A DNA stretch of 64,000 bases, taken from contig CANKJN010000004.1 in the NCBI GenBank assembly GCA_947482345.1, positions 234 through 64,233 on the forward strand, written 5' to 3'. Each line of letters starts with the position of its first letter. The first letter of the stretch is position 1. Below are positions 1-9,263 of this stretch, piece after piece. The notes beneath the pieces were generated by a model. That model was not told where the DNA came from. It was given only the letters and a program-made list of their open reading frames with translations, and did not search any database. The stretch comes from Spartobacteria bacterium. Lineage in GTDB: Bacteria > Verrucomicrobiota > Verrucomicrobiia > Chthoniobacterales > UBA6821. A program made the position numbers and the translations under genes.

Positions 1-85
1 GAGTCTTAACAGCTAGAGCCTATGACCCCTTCCCCCTCAGCTTCTGACCTAACAGTCTTCAGCCTTCAGTCTATTCACCTGCTTC

Positions 86-2095
86 TCAGAGTACTTCCAC
101 CGGGCACTCTGGCAAAGCCTTGAGGAAGGCCTTGCCGTAGGGCCGCGAAAGAATACGGCTGTCTAGGATCACGATGGAGCCTCGATCCTTAGAGCTACGG
201 ATGAGCCTTCCGACTCCCTGGCGCAGTTTCAGGATCGCCTCGGGCAATGAATAGGTCTGAAAGGGATCGCCTCCCGCGGACTCGATCTCCTCCAACTTTG
301 CCTCGGTGAGGGGATGGTCGGGGGTCACGAAAGGCAGGCGCGTGATGATGACGCTGGAGAGCGCCTCGCCCGGAAGGTCGACCCCGGTCCAGAAGCTGTC
401 GGTCCCGAACAGGACGCTCTCCCCGTCCTCGCGAAAGCTTTCCAGCATGCGCGAACGCGAGAGTCCTCCTCCCTGCACGATGAGATTCCAACCCTTCTCC
501 TCGAAGAAGCCCGTCATCCTCGCCGCCACCGACTGCATGGTGCGGTGGCTGGTAAAGAGGACAAAGGCCCGTGCGCGACTCTCCTCCGTGAAGTGGCTAA
601 TCCATTTTGCAAGCGCCTCCTCGTAGGCCGCATCCTTCGGCTCAGGCATCTTGCGGACGAGACGGATCTTCATCTGCCGTGCGTAGTCGAAGGGGGAGCC
701 GAGTTGCAACGAGGGGACCTCAAGCGCACCCACCCGGCCACGGAAATAATCGAGTTCGGAAGATCCGACGGAAAGCGTCGCGCTGGTCATGACGGCGGTG
801 CTGCCTTCGCGGAAGAGAAGGCGTCCCAGCAGCGGCGCAACAGCGACAGGCGCCGCATGGAGGCTGGTCCAGGTGGAGGCCTTGCCGCTCCGCTCGACCC
901 AATAAACGTGATCCGGTTCGCTCTGGGAGAGGAAATCGGAAAGCCCCGCGCGCGCCGTGCGGAGTCGCGAGGCGACATCGTTGAGCTCACCCTGCAGTCC
1001 CTCCTCCTCGGCTTTTGCCGCAGCGGTTCCGGCCGATTCGGCAAGGCGCGCCAAGCCCTCCGCGAGCGGACTCTCCGCCACGGCCTCCGCGAGATCCGCC
1101 GCCTGATCGCCACGAATGCGGCTTTCACGCCCCTGACGGAAGGTGCAGGCGCCGGCCAGCTTGTCGAAGAAGCGGTCGACCTCCGGAATGAGATCCGATG
1201 CCGCGGAAATCCCCCCACCCTGCCGCGCCTGCTGTAGGAGGCCCTTGCGGGTGCGGGGGTTGTAGAGCCGTTGGATGGACTGGCGCAGGCTGTATTGGGA
1301 GAGGTTGAAGCCGAGGTGACGGGAAGCGACCTGCTCGACGGTGTGGGCCTCGTCAAAGATCACGAAATCATCGGGGAAAAGGTAGCCGAGCCCCTCCTCC
1401 TCGGGATCTCCCAGCAGGGTGAAGAAGAGCGTGTGATTGAGAACCAGAATCTGGGCCGTCTGGGCGCGTCGCCGGGCGGACTGGTAGAAGCAGCCCGTGT
1501 CGCGGCCGCAGGTCTTCGGCGTGCAGAGGTGCTGCTCGCTGCAGACCTGCATCCAGAGTTCCCGCGGAGGCTCGAAGGGGAGATCGCTCAGCGAGCCGTC
1601 CGTGGTGGTTGCGGCCCACTCCCGGATCCTCTCCAGTTCCGGCCGCTCTTCGGCGGTGAAGAGGTCGGCCCCGTGTCGGTGGGCGCGGGCGAGACGCGTG
1701 GGGCAGACATAATTCTGGCGCCCCTTCAGGAGGACCGCCTCGAAGTCCTCTCCGGTCAGCCCCTTCACCAAGGGGATGTCCTTGTAGAGGAGCTGCTCCT
1801 GAAGATTGATCGTGTGCGTGCTGACGAGAGCCTTTCGTCCCGTCCGCTTGGCATGAAGCACGGCGGGGAGCAGGTAGGCCAGCGACTTGCCGACGCCGGT
1901 TCCCGCCTCCACGACGAGATGGGAGCGGCCGGCCAATGCTCCGGCCACCGCCTCGGCCATGCGCTGCTGCTCGGGGCGCCATTCGAATCCGCGGATCGCG
2001 GCAAGGCTGCCCTTCGGGCCGAAGAGAGCGGCCACTTCCGCGGCGAAGCCGGCACTGCCGCTCCCGGCGGGATACTGCTCGTTGATGGAAATCAT
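86..2095 (-). CDS. dinG: ATP-dependent DNA helicase, DinG/YoaA family
   Basis: Walker A EAGTGVGKS, VIFDEAH box, Fe-S cysteines (CSEQHLCTPKTC...C), C-terminal LRQGVGRLIR motif. Start set at MISINEQ; the longer ORF upstream is an antisense shadow of the next gene. Confidence 0.88.
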   Translation of the reverse strand: MISINEQYPAGSGSAGFAAEVAALFGPKGSLAAIRGFEWRPEQQRMAEAVAGALAGRSHLVVEAGTGVGKSLAYLLPAVLHAKRTGRKALVSTHTINLQEQLLYKDIPLVKGLTGEDFEAVLLKGRQNYVCPTRLARAHRHGADLFTAEERPELERIREWAATTTDGSLSDLPFEPPRELWMQVCSEQHLCTPKTCGRDTGCFYQSARRRAQTAQILVLNHTLFFTLLGDPEEEGLGYLFPDDFVIFDEAHTVEQVASRHLGFNLSQYSLRQSIQRLYNPRTRKGLLQQARQGGGISAASDLIPEVDRFFDKLAGACTFRQGRESRIRGDQAADLAEAVAESPLAEGLARLAESAGTAAAKAEEEGLQGELNDVASRLRTARAGLSDFLSQSEPDHVYWVERSGKASTWTSLHAAPVAVAPLLGRLLFREGSTAVMTSATLSVGSSELDYFRGRVGALEVPSLQLGSPFDYARQMKIRLVRKMPEPKDAAYEEALAKWISHFTEESRARAFVLFTSHRTMQSVAARMTGFFEEKGWNLIVQGGGLSRSRMLESFREDGESVLFGTDSFWTGVDLPGEALSSVIITRLPFVTPDHPLTEAKLEEIESAGGDPFQTYSLPEAILKLRQGVGRLIRSSKDRGSIVILDSRILSRPYGKAFLKALPECPVEVL

Positions 2096-2212
2096 GGACG
2101 GGAATTCGACGCGGCGGCGGAAGAGGGTGATTGCGATTGCAGAAGGCGGGGCGGGAGGATCAGAATCGGGTGCTTTCCGGCCTCCTGCAACGGGTTTCTG
2201 CCGGTGATCTCC

Positions 2213-3340
2213 ATGACCCTTCTCGATCGGTATCTCCTCAACAAGTTCCTGGTGCCCTTTTTTTACGCGGCCACCGGATTCATCTCCGTCTGGTTGGTCT
2301 GGGATCTGAGCGTGAATCTCCCGGACTTTCTCTCCGGCCATGCGGGCATCGGTCTCATCCTCCGGTTTTACCTCCTCCAGATCCCGAGCGTCATCGTACT
2401 CTGCGTTCCGGTGGCCCTTCTGCTGGCGCTGCTCTACACGCTGACCCAGATGTCGCGCAGGAACGAGATCATCTCGATGCTCTGCGCCGGGAGGAGTCTC
2501 TACAGGATCTTCGTGCCGCTGGTCGCGGTGGGTCTGATTGCGACCGGCGTCCTTTCCCTGCTCAACCATCGTTTGGCCCCTCAGGCTGGGGCTGTGCGCG
2601 ACGAGCTGAAGGAGGAGATCAGGTCGGGCATCCACAAATATGCCGGCCAGCACAATCATGTGTACCGCAACAGGGAGAATCTTCGCCTTTGGTTCATTAC
2701 GGATCTGAATACAGATGCTAACAGGGCCAAGAGGCTGGAAATCATCCAACAGAACGAATCGGGTGTCGTCACCGAGAAGTGGTACTCCCTCCATGCATCG
2801 TATGTTCCCGAGACGGCGACCTGGATCCTCGAGCAGGCGCGCCATGTGACCGTGGATGAATCGGGGAACATGGTCACCTCTGAGAGTTCGCCGCGCCTCG
2901 AGATCCGCGGCTGGAACGAAACACCGTGGAAAATCGCCAGCTCCAGCATGAACTCCGAGTTCCTCGGCCTTCCGGAACTCAGCGACTACCTCCGCTACAA
3001 CGCCGAGTTTCCCCACACGCGTCTCGCCCCCTATGTCACCCACTGGAACTACCGCTGGGCGCTTCCCTGGGTCTGCCTCGTGGTGATTTTCATCGCCGGC
3101 CCGATGGGTGTGGTGAGCGGACGACGCGGCATCATGGGAGGGGTGGCCGGGGCGATCGGTCTCTTTGCCGGACTGATCTTCTCGAGCAGCCTGTTCATCG
3201 CCCTGGGCAAGGGGGATCGCATTCCCGGTTGGGCAGCCGCATGGGGACCGATCATTATCTTCCTCGGCATCGGGCTCTGGCTCTTCTGGATCCGGGCCTC
3301 CGGCCGTGAGATTCCGAAGTTCCGGTTGCCGGGATTCTAA
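2213..3340 (+). CDS. LptF/LptG family LPS export permease
   Basis: MTLLDRYLLNKFL start, three N-terminal TM helices, RRNEIISMLCAGRSLYRI motif, periplasmic domain, three C-terminal TMs with AAAWGP. Confidence 0.88.
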   Translation: MTLLDRYLLNKFLVPFFYAATGFISVWLVWDLSVNLPDFLSGHAGIGLILRFYLLQIPSVIVLCVPVALLLALLYTLTQMSRRNEIISMLCAGRSLYRIFVPLVAVGLIATGVLSLLNHRLAPQAGAVRDELKEEIRSGIHKYAGQHNHVYRNRENLRLWFITDLNTDANRAKRLEIIQQNESGVVTEKWYSLHASYVPETATWILEQARHVTVDESGNMVTSESSPRLEIRGWNETPWKIASSSMNSEFLGLPELSDYLRYNAEFPHTRLAPYVTHWNYRWALPWVCLVVIFIAGPMGVVSGRRGIMGGVAGAIGLFAGLIFSSSLFIALGKGDRIPGWAAAWGPIIIFLGIGLWLFWIRASGREIPKFRLPGF

Positions 3341-3371
3341 GGCTGACCTACCTTCATCACGATTTTTCTTT

Positions 3372-3962
3372 ATGCAGCAGGACTGGAACATCAGATCGCG
3401 GGCCGAGGCCTGCGATGCCACGGGAAAGGGATTCGCCGAGGGGGAGACCTTCCACACGGCGCTCTACCGCGAGGGGGACGGATTCCTCAGGAGGGATCTC
3501 TGCGAGGAGGCTTGGGCTTCCTTGGCGGCTGATCCCCAGCAGCAGCCCCCCTTCTCCTCCTGGCGTTCGAAATTCGAACCGCCGGCCCCCCCTCCCCCCG
3601 AACCGCTTCCGCGCGACGATGCCGAGGGCATGCTGCGACGCCTCCTCGAGAGCAACGATCCCGCCCACGCGAACACCCGCTACCTTCTCGCCGTGATGCT
3701 GGAGCGCAAGCGCATCCTGCGCCCGCAACCCTCCGCGGACAAAGGCATCCTCGTTTACGAGCGCGCCGGAACCGGCGAGACCTTCCTCATCGCCGATCCG
3801 AACCTCTCGCTCTCCGACCTCGCCCGGGTGCAGGAAGAAGTCACGGCCCTCCTCACCGGACTCTCCTCACCGGCAGAACCACCGCAGGGTGAGACCACGG
3901 AGCCGGCGGAAGTGTCCGCTGCCGCCGAGCCCGCTACGGAGGCTTCCTCCGAGGCCCCCTGA
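3372..3962 (+). CDS. conserved hypothetical protein (N-terminal Cys, acidic/Pro-rich tail)
   Basis: Host-like codon usage; sits between the lptF/G gene and dusB in the same orientation; start MQQDWNIRSR. Confidence 0.7.
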   Translation: MQQDWNIRSRAEACDATGKGFAEGETFHTALYREGDGFLRRDLCEEAWASLAADPQQQPPFSSWRSKFEPPAPPPPEPLPRDDAEGMLRRLLESNDPAHANTRYLLAVMLERKRILRPQPSADKGILVYERAGTGETFLIADPNLSLSDLARVQEEVTALLTGLSSPAEPPQGETTEPAEVSAAAEPATEASSEAP

Positions 3963-3976
3963 TAACCCCACGGGTC

Positions 3977-5005
3977 ATGGTGAAGGGGAGCCTGCCGCTC
4001 TTCCTGGCCCCGATGGCCGGGGTGACCAACTCGATTTTCCGGACCATTTGCAAGGAAAAGAGGGCCGATGTCCTGACCACCGAGTTCGTCTCGGCAGACG
4101 GAATCATGCACCGGAATGCAAGGACCCGCGGTTATCTGGAATTCACCGAGGAGGAACGACCCATGGGCGTCCAGCTCTTTGGGGCTGACCCGGAACGCCT
4201 GGCAGAGGCGGCGAAGCAAGTCCGCGACTGGGTGCAGCCCGACTTCATCGACATCAACTTCGGCTGCCCGGCCAACAAGGTGGTCTGCAGGAACGGGGGA
4301 TCATCGCTCCTGCGCGACTGCCCTCTTCTGGAGAGGGTGGCGAAGGCCATGGTGCAGGCCTGCGATCCTCTCCCTGTCACCGCCAAGATCCGCATCGGAT
4401 GGGATGAGCGCTCCGTCAACGCCGTCACCACGGCCCGCCTGCTCGAGGGGGCAGGCATCCGCAGGATCGCCGTCCACGGTCGCACACGCGCCCAAGGCTA
4501 CTCGGGATACGCCGACTGGGAGGTGATCGCCGCCGTGGCCGACGCCGTGCGAGTCCCCGTGATCGGCAACGGCGACATCACCGACGCCTCCACGGCGCTG
4601 AGGCGTCTCGGAAGCGGCGTCTCCGGCCTCATGATCGGTCGTGCCGCCATGGCGAATCCCTGGATCTTCACCGAGGTGAAACATGCCTTCGAGGGAAAAC
4701 CTTTCGTCGCACCGACCCTCATGGAGCGCTGGGACCTTGTCCTCCGCCACTGCCGCGAGGAGGTGGGCGTGCGCGGAGAGACACACGGCATGCACGGAAT
4801 GCGCGGTCGGCTGATGGCCTACACGCGCGGCATGCCGGGCGCCCGGCCGCTGCGCGCCTCCCTCTCCAAGGTCGCCACCCTCACGCAGCTTGAGGAGATC
4901 ATCGGTGGCCACCTGGATTCCCTCGGTTCCATCGACCCGCTCGACACCGTTCATGGGGGAGAGCCCGAAGAAGCCTCCTTCGCTTCCATCGAAAAACGAT
5001 CCTGA
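3977..5005 (+). CDS. dusB: tRNA-dihydrouridine synthase
   Basis: LAPMAGVTN, IDINFGCP, VHGRTRAQGY and GLMIGRAAMANPWIF motifs. Confidence 0.92.
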   Translation: MVKGSLPLFLAPMAGVTNSIFRTICKEKRADVLTTEFVSADGIMHRNARTRGYLEFTEEERPMGVQLFGADPERLAEAAKQVRDWVQPDFIDINFGCPANKVVCRNGGSSLLRDCPLLERVAKAMVQACDPLPVTAKIRIGWDERSVNAVTTARLLEGAGIRRIAVHGRTRAQGYSGYADWEVIAAVADAVRVPVIGNGDITDASTALRRLGSGVSGLMIGRAAMANPWIFTEVKHAFEGKPFVAPTLMERWDLVLRHCREEVGVRGETHGMHGMRGRLMAYTRGMPGARPLRASLSKVATLTQLEEIIGGHLDSLGSIDPLDTVHGGEPEEASFASIEKRS

Positions 5006-5049
5006 TACCCGGTTCCAACGGTTCCTCCCGCCTGCTCGAGGGAGCAGGC

Positions 5050-6339
5050 CTAGACTCCGAGGGGAAGCAGGATGGTGAAGGTCGATCCCTCCCCCGGACT
5101 GCTAGAAAGGGTTACCCTGCCGCCGTGGGCCTGAACGACGTTCTTCACGATCGAGAGCCCCAGGCCCGTGCCGCCTGTCTGACGCGCGCGGTCGCCGCCA
5201 ACCCGGAAGAATCTCTCGAAGAGATGCTCCTGATCGGCCAGCGGGATGCCGGGCCCGTTGTCGCGGAAGCTGACCATCACCTCGACGCCGTGAAGCGCGG
5301 CGGCCACGACCACTTCCCCGGGTGATCCGTCGGGTCGGGGATTGCCATGTCGGAGCGCGTTGACCAGAAGGTTGGAGAAGGCCTGCTCGATGCGGTAGGG
5401 ATCGACCGCCACCTCGGGGAGCCCTGCGGCGATCTCCAGCTTTACCGTGACCTCGCGCTCGCTGCTCTCACGCTCCAGCTGCTCGATCACGCCGCGGAGG
5501 AGCGGCTCCAGCGAAGTCCGGCGGGTCTCGAGACGGACCCCCTTCTCCTCCATCCGGCTGATGGTGAGGAGATCCTCGATGAGGCTGTTAAGACGATCGG
5601 CATGCCGTCGCATGACGGAGATCGACTTCTGCATCATCTTCCGGTCGACATCCTCTTCACCGAGGGTTTCCAGATAACCGTTGATGATGGAGAGGGGTGT
5701 GCGGAATTCGTGCGAGACATTCGCCACGAACTCCCGGCGGACGGCCTCCAGTTCGCGGAGCCTCGTGACATCATGAAAAACCAGCAGGAAGCCGTCCGGC
5801 ATTTGCTTCTCGGGTGACTGGAGCGCCGCGGCCGTTACCAGCAGATGGCGCCGCTCGCTCCTGCCCGGAATCACGAAATCGAGTTCGCCTCGCTGCACCT
5901 GGCCGGTTTGTGCCACGCGCTGCGCCACTCCCTGGAGTTCATGACTCATGAAGACCTCGGGGAGCAGGAGGCCGGATACCCGGACGCCCAGGTCGAACAT
6001 GGAGACGGCCGCCTTGTTCACCTGGCGGATCCGGAGGTCGGCACCCGTGATGACCACACCCTCGGTCATGCTTTCCAAGATCGTGGTGATGCTGAATTCC
6101 TCCTCGGCAAGCATCACCTTCTGTTTGGCCAGCGTCTCGGCGGTCACCCGCAGAGCGTCAGCCGCCCCGCGATAGAAAAACGGCATCTCTCCCAGGATGA
6201 CAGGCCTGAAATCCCCGCGCGCGATTCTTTGCAAAACGGCCAAAAGTTCGCGCGCAGGCATCACCACCACGGCAGCCGCCCACCAGAGCAGTGCCGCGGC
6301 AAGCAGCAGGAAGAACCCGGGTTTCGCGATCTCCTCCAT
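5050..6339 (-). CDS. phoR: PhoR-like sensor histidine kinase (TM, PAS, HisKA, HATPase)
   Basis: RREFVANVSHEFRTPL H-box, NLLVNALRH N-box, DNGPGIP and GGTGLGLSIVK G-boxes; coupled to the response regulator. The Pho assignment is by resemblance. Confidence 0.75.
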   Translation of the reverse strand: MEEIAKPGFFLLLAAALLWWAAAVVVMPARELLAVLQRIARGDFRPVILGEMPFFYRGAADALRVTAETLAKQKVMLAEEEFSITTILESMTEGVVITGADLRIRQVNKAAVSMFDLGVRVSGLLLPEVFMSHELQGVAQRVAQTGQVQRGELDFVIPGRSERRHLLVTAAALQSPEKQMPDGFLLVFHDVTRLRELEAVRREFVANVSHEFRTPLSIINGYLETLGEEDVDRKMMQKSISVMRRHADRLNSLIEDLLTISRMEEKGVRLETRRTSLEPLLRGVIEQLERESSEREVTVKLEIAAGLPEVAVDPYRIEQAFSNLLVNALRHGNPRPDGSPGEVVVAAALHGVEVMVSFRDNGPGIPLADQEHLFERFFRVGGDRARQTGGTGLGLSIVKNVVQAHGGRVTLSSSPGEGSTFTILLPLGV

Positions 6340-7025
6340 CAGGCCGACGGGACGATGAACCGATATCCCTCGCCGCGCACGGTCTCGATGCAGGCGGAGT
6401 TGTCGGAGAGTTTTTCGCGCAGGCGGCGCATGTGCGTGTCGACCGTGCGGGTGTCGACCGTGCTTTTGTAACCCCAGACCTCCGTCAGAAGATCCTCACG
6501 CGACTGGATGACGCCCGCCTTGCCGATGAGCAGGGAGAGCAGCTTGAACTCCGTCGAGGTCAGGTCGAGACGCTTGCCCTCCATGGTCACCTTCAGCGTG
6601 GTGCGGTCGAGGACAAACGGCCCCACCGAGGAGTCATCCGCGACGGCCGGCGGCGTGCTCCGCCGCAGGAGGGACTGGATACGGAGCACCAGTTCGCGAG
6701 GACTGAAGGGCTTGGGAAGGTAGTCGTCGGCTCCAAGCTCCAGCCCCTTGATCCGGCTCTCGGATTCCCCCTTGGCGCTAAGGATCAGCAGTGGGATGGA
6801 CCGGGTGCTCTCGCTGGAACGCAAGCGCTTGGCCACCTCGAAGCCGTTGAGCCGCGGGAGCATGATGTCGAGGACGATGGCATCGGGTCGCTCGGTGCCG
6901 GCAAGTTCGAGACCCTCCGCGCCATCCTCTGCGGCGATCACGCGGAATTTCGCTTTCTTGAGATGATAACGGATCAGATCCGTCACATCTTCCTCGTCCT
7001 CAATCACCAGGATGGTTTCAGGCAT
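6339..7025 (-). CDS. phoB: OmpR/PhoB family response regulator
   Basis: ILVIEDEE, LDIMLP phospho-Asp, GADDYLPKPFSPREL, winged helix RTVDTHMRRLREKL. Confidence 0.78.
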   Translation of the reverse strand: MPETILVIEDEEDVTDLIRYHLKKAKFRVIAAEDGAEGLELAGTERPDAIVLDIMLPRLNGFEVAKRLRSSESTRSIPLLILSAKGESESRIKGLELGADDYLPKPFSPRELVLRIQSLLRRSTPPAVADDSSVGPFVLDRTTLKVTMEGKRLDLTSTEFKLLSLLIGKAGVIQSREDLLTEVWGYKSTVDTRTVDTHMRRLREKLSDNSACIETVRGEGYRFIVPSA

Positions 7026-7312
7026 GATACGTGCATGGGTTGTTGTGAGAAACCATTGCAGAAGGAGCTATCCGAGCCCCGACGGCGAGGCAAGCGCCGC
7101 TTTGGAACAGTTTCGGCACAAAAAAAGCGGGCCACCTGATTGGCGTCGGAAAAACCATGAAACCGACGCCGGGTGGCCCGCTCCCAACTCTAAAACCTGT
7201 ATATTCGACCCCAATGCCCAGGTGGCGTTCAAAAAATTTTCCGCTTCTCTGTTATTTTGTCCGCTTCCTGCTACAAGTGAGCGCTTCCATCCTCCCCCGG
7301 ACCGCATCCTTT

Positions 7313-8314
7313 ATGACCAAAACCATCGGCATCCTCACTTCCGGCGGAGACTCTCCGGGAATGAATCCGGCCATCCGCGCCGTCGCGCGAACGGCCGCCC
7401 AGCACGACTGCCGTGTGATGGGGATCAGTAACGGTTACGACGGGATCTTTGACGGCCTCACCGAGGAACTCGGCACCCAAAGCCTCGCCTCCATCATCGA
7501 CCGTGGAGGAACCATTCTTCAATCGAGCCGCTGCAAACGGATGTACACCCCGGAGGGAGTGGATCACGCCCGCAGGCGTCTTCAGGAACTCGGCATCCAC
7601 GGTCTGGTTGTGATCGGCGGCGACGGATCCCTGACCGGTGCCCGTGAACTCTCCAAACGAGGGATGCCAGTCGTGGGGATCCCGGCCAGCATCGACAACG
7701 ATCTGGCGGGAACCGATATGGCGATCGGTGTCGACACCGCCACCAATACCATCATGCAGCAGGTCGACAGGATACGCGACACGGCCCGCTCCCACCGCCG
7801 CTGCTTCCTCATCGAGGTCATGGGGCGCAATTCCGGCTACCTCGCCCTCACCACCGCCATCAGCGGCGGTGCCTCCGTGGCGGTGATTCCCGAATTCCGT
7901 TACAACATGGATCGCATCGTGTCCCTCCTCCACAAACGATACCAGGAGGCGCGCGGCAACTCGATCGTCGTGCTCGCCGAGGGTGTCTGCGGCGCGGAGA
8001 CTTTCATGGCGCGGATGACGGAGGCGGTGCCGGGAGGCGAGTTCGAGCAGGAAATCCGAATCACCGTACTGGGGCATGTGCAGCGCGGCGGCATCCCGAC
8101 CCACTTCGACCGCATGCTTGGCGCCCGCTTCGGGGAGCTTGCCGTGACGGGCCTCCTTGCCTCGGAAACAGGCTGCATGACCGCCCTTGCCAAGGGGCGC
8201 GCCACCCTGATCGACCTCAACATGGTGATCGGGAAGAAAAAGCATCCCGCTCCCGAACTGATCCGTCTCGCCCGCAACCTCAAGGTGGAATTCGGCGATC
8301 CGGTCGAACTGTAG
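7313..8314 (+). CDS. pfkA: ATP-dependent 6-phosphofructokinase
   Basis: ILTSGGDSPGMN, GGDGSLTGA, PASIDND, IEVMGRNSG, LGHVQRGG motifs. Confidence 0.95.
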   Translation: MTKTIGILTSGGDSPGMNPAIRAVARTAAQHDCRVMGISNGYDGIFDGLTEELGTQSLASIIDRGGTILQSSRCKRMYTPEGVDHARRRLQELGIHGLVVIGGDGSLTGARELSKRGMPVVGIPASIDNDLAGTDMAIGVDTATNTIMQQVDRIRDTARSHRRCFLIEVMGRNSGYLALTTAISGGASVAVIPEFRYNMDRIVSLLHKRYQEARGNSIVVLAEGVCGAETFMARMTEAVPGGEFEQEIRITVLGHVQRGGIPTHFDRMLGARFGELAVTGLLASETGCMTALAKGRATLIDLNMVIGKKKHPAPELIRLARNLKVEFGDPVEL

Positions 8315-8408
8315 GGAAGCGCCCCCCTAAACTCACGCCCGCCGCGTGAGCGACGCCCGTCTCATTTTCGCGGATGGACGGGTTGGGATCGTGAGGTAGC
8401 ATCCGCTC

Positions 8409-9263
8409 ATGGATTCCCTCCTCACCCTCCCCATCGGCGACTTCCGCGCCGTCGAGTTGACCCTTCGGCTGACCGTGGCGTTGGTGGCCATGACGGCTCT
8501 CCTGCTCCTCCTCTCCATCAGCTGTACGACGGGCCGCCTCCGTCTGCCGCTTATCCTCGCCTCGGTCGCCCTCCTCGGTGCGGCCTGGTTTGAATCGGGT
8601 GTCTGGCTTGGCTGGAAGCAGGGTTTCGAGTTGGCCGGCACCTCCTACTGCGTCACCGGTCAGCTCCTTTCCGGCGAGGACCGCATCCTGGCCTGGTCCC
8701 TCGGTGTCCCCGCTCTTCTCTTCTGCTTCGGACTGCTTCGGATCCCCCGGGGAGAGGGGCATTCCTCTGCATGGACGCGTTTCTGTGCGGCAGTGCTGCT
8801 GCTCGCTCTCCTTGCACCGTTCTCGAGTCTGATGGCGCTCGCCTTGCTGGGCTGGGTACTCTGGTTCCTCTGCATCAAGGCTCCTTCCGTCGCCAAGGGT
8901 TCCTCCGTTTCCCTGCGGCGGGTATGCCTCATTGCATCGGGCAGCATCGCGCTCCCGTTCCTTATCAACCTTCTGGGCGGCTTGCATCTCCTGCCGCTCG
9001 GAAAGTCTGCGGAGGGGGTTCTTGTCCGTGGTGAAATCATCCGCTCCCTTTGCGACATCCTCTCCTTGGTCGTGCCAGCCGTGATCCTGCTGATCGGGGT
9101 CCTCAGGCTGGGCGCGGATGTTCCTGGTAAATCCCCCGAACCCTCATCCGCACCCCTAACCACATCCCACATCACACCCCCAACCACACCACTCAAGGAA
9201 AAGAAATCCAAGCCGCGCGATCCCTCATCATCGGATCTCCAATCCGGCCTGTTCGGAAGCTAG
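8409..9263 (+). CDS. microbial rhodopsin-like 7TM protein (xanthorhodopsin/Gloeobacter-type) lacking the retinal-binding Lys
   Basis: About seven hydrophobic segments. Helix C RILAWSLGVPALL aligns to RYVDWLLTVPLLL and helix G SLCDILSLVV aligns to TIADVLAKPV. Manual alignment from memory of Gloeobacter rhodopsin. Confidence 0.72.
   Translation: MDSLLTLPIGDFRAVELTLRLTVALVAMTALLLLLSISCTTGRLRLPLILASVALLGAAWFESGVWLGWKQGFELAGTSYCVTGQLLSGEDRILAWSLGVPALLFCFGLLRIPRGEGHSSAWTRFCAAVLLLALLAPFSSLMALALLGWVLWFLCIKAPSVAKGSSVSLRRVCLIASGSIALPFLINLLGGLHLLPLGKSAEGVLVRGEIIRSLCDILSLVVPAVILLIGVLRLGADVPGKSPEPSSAPLTTSHITPPTTPLKEKKSKPRDPSSSDLQSGLFGS

Noticed and set aside
2096-3457. N-terminal 450 aa of the 1123-aa ORF (apparent fusion to DinG)
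   Set aside because: Antisense shadow of the LptF/G gene; helicase similarity begins only near 2095.
7026-7312. Pho box between phoB and pfkA
   Set aside because: No clear CTGTCAT-type 11-bp-spaced direct repeats found.
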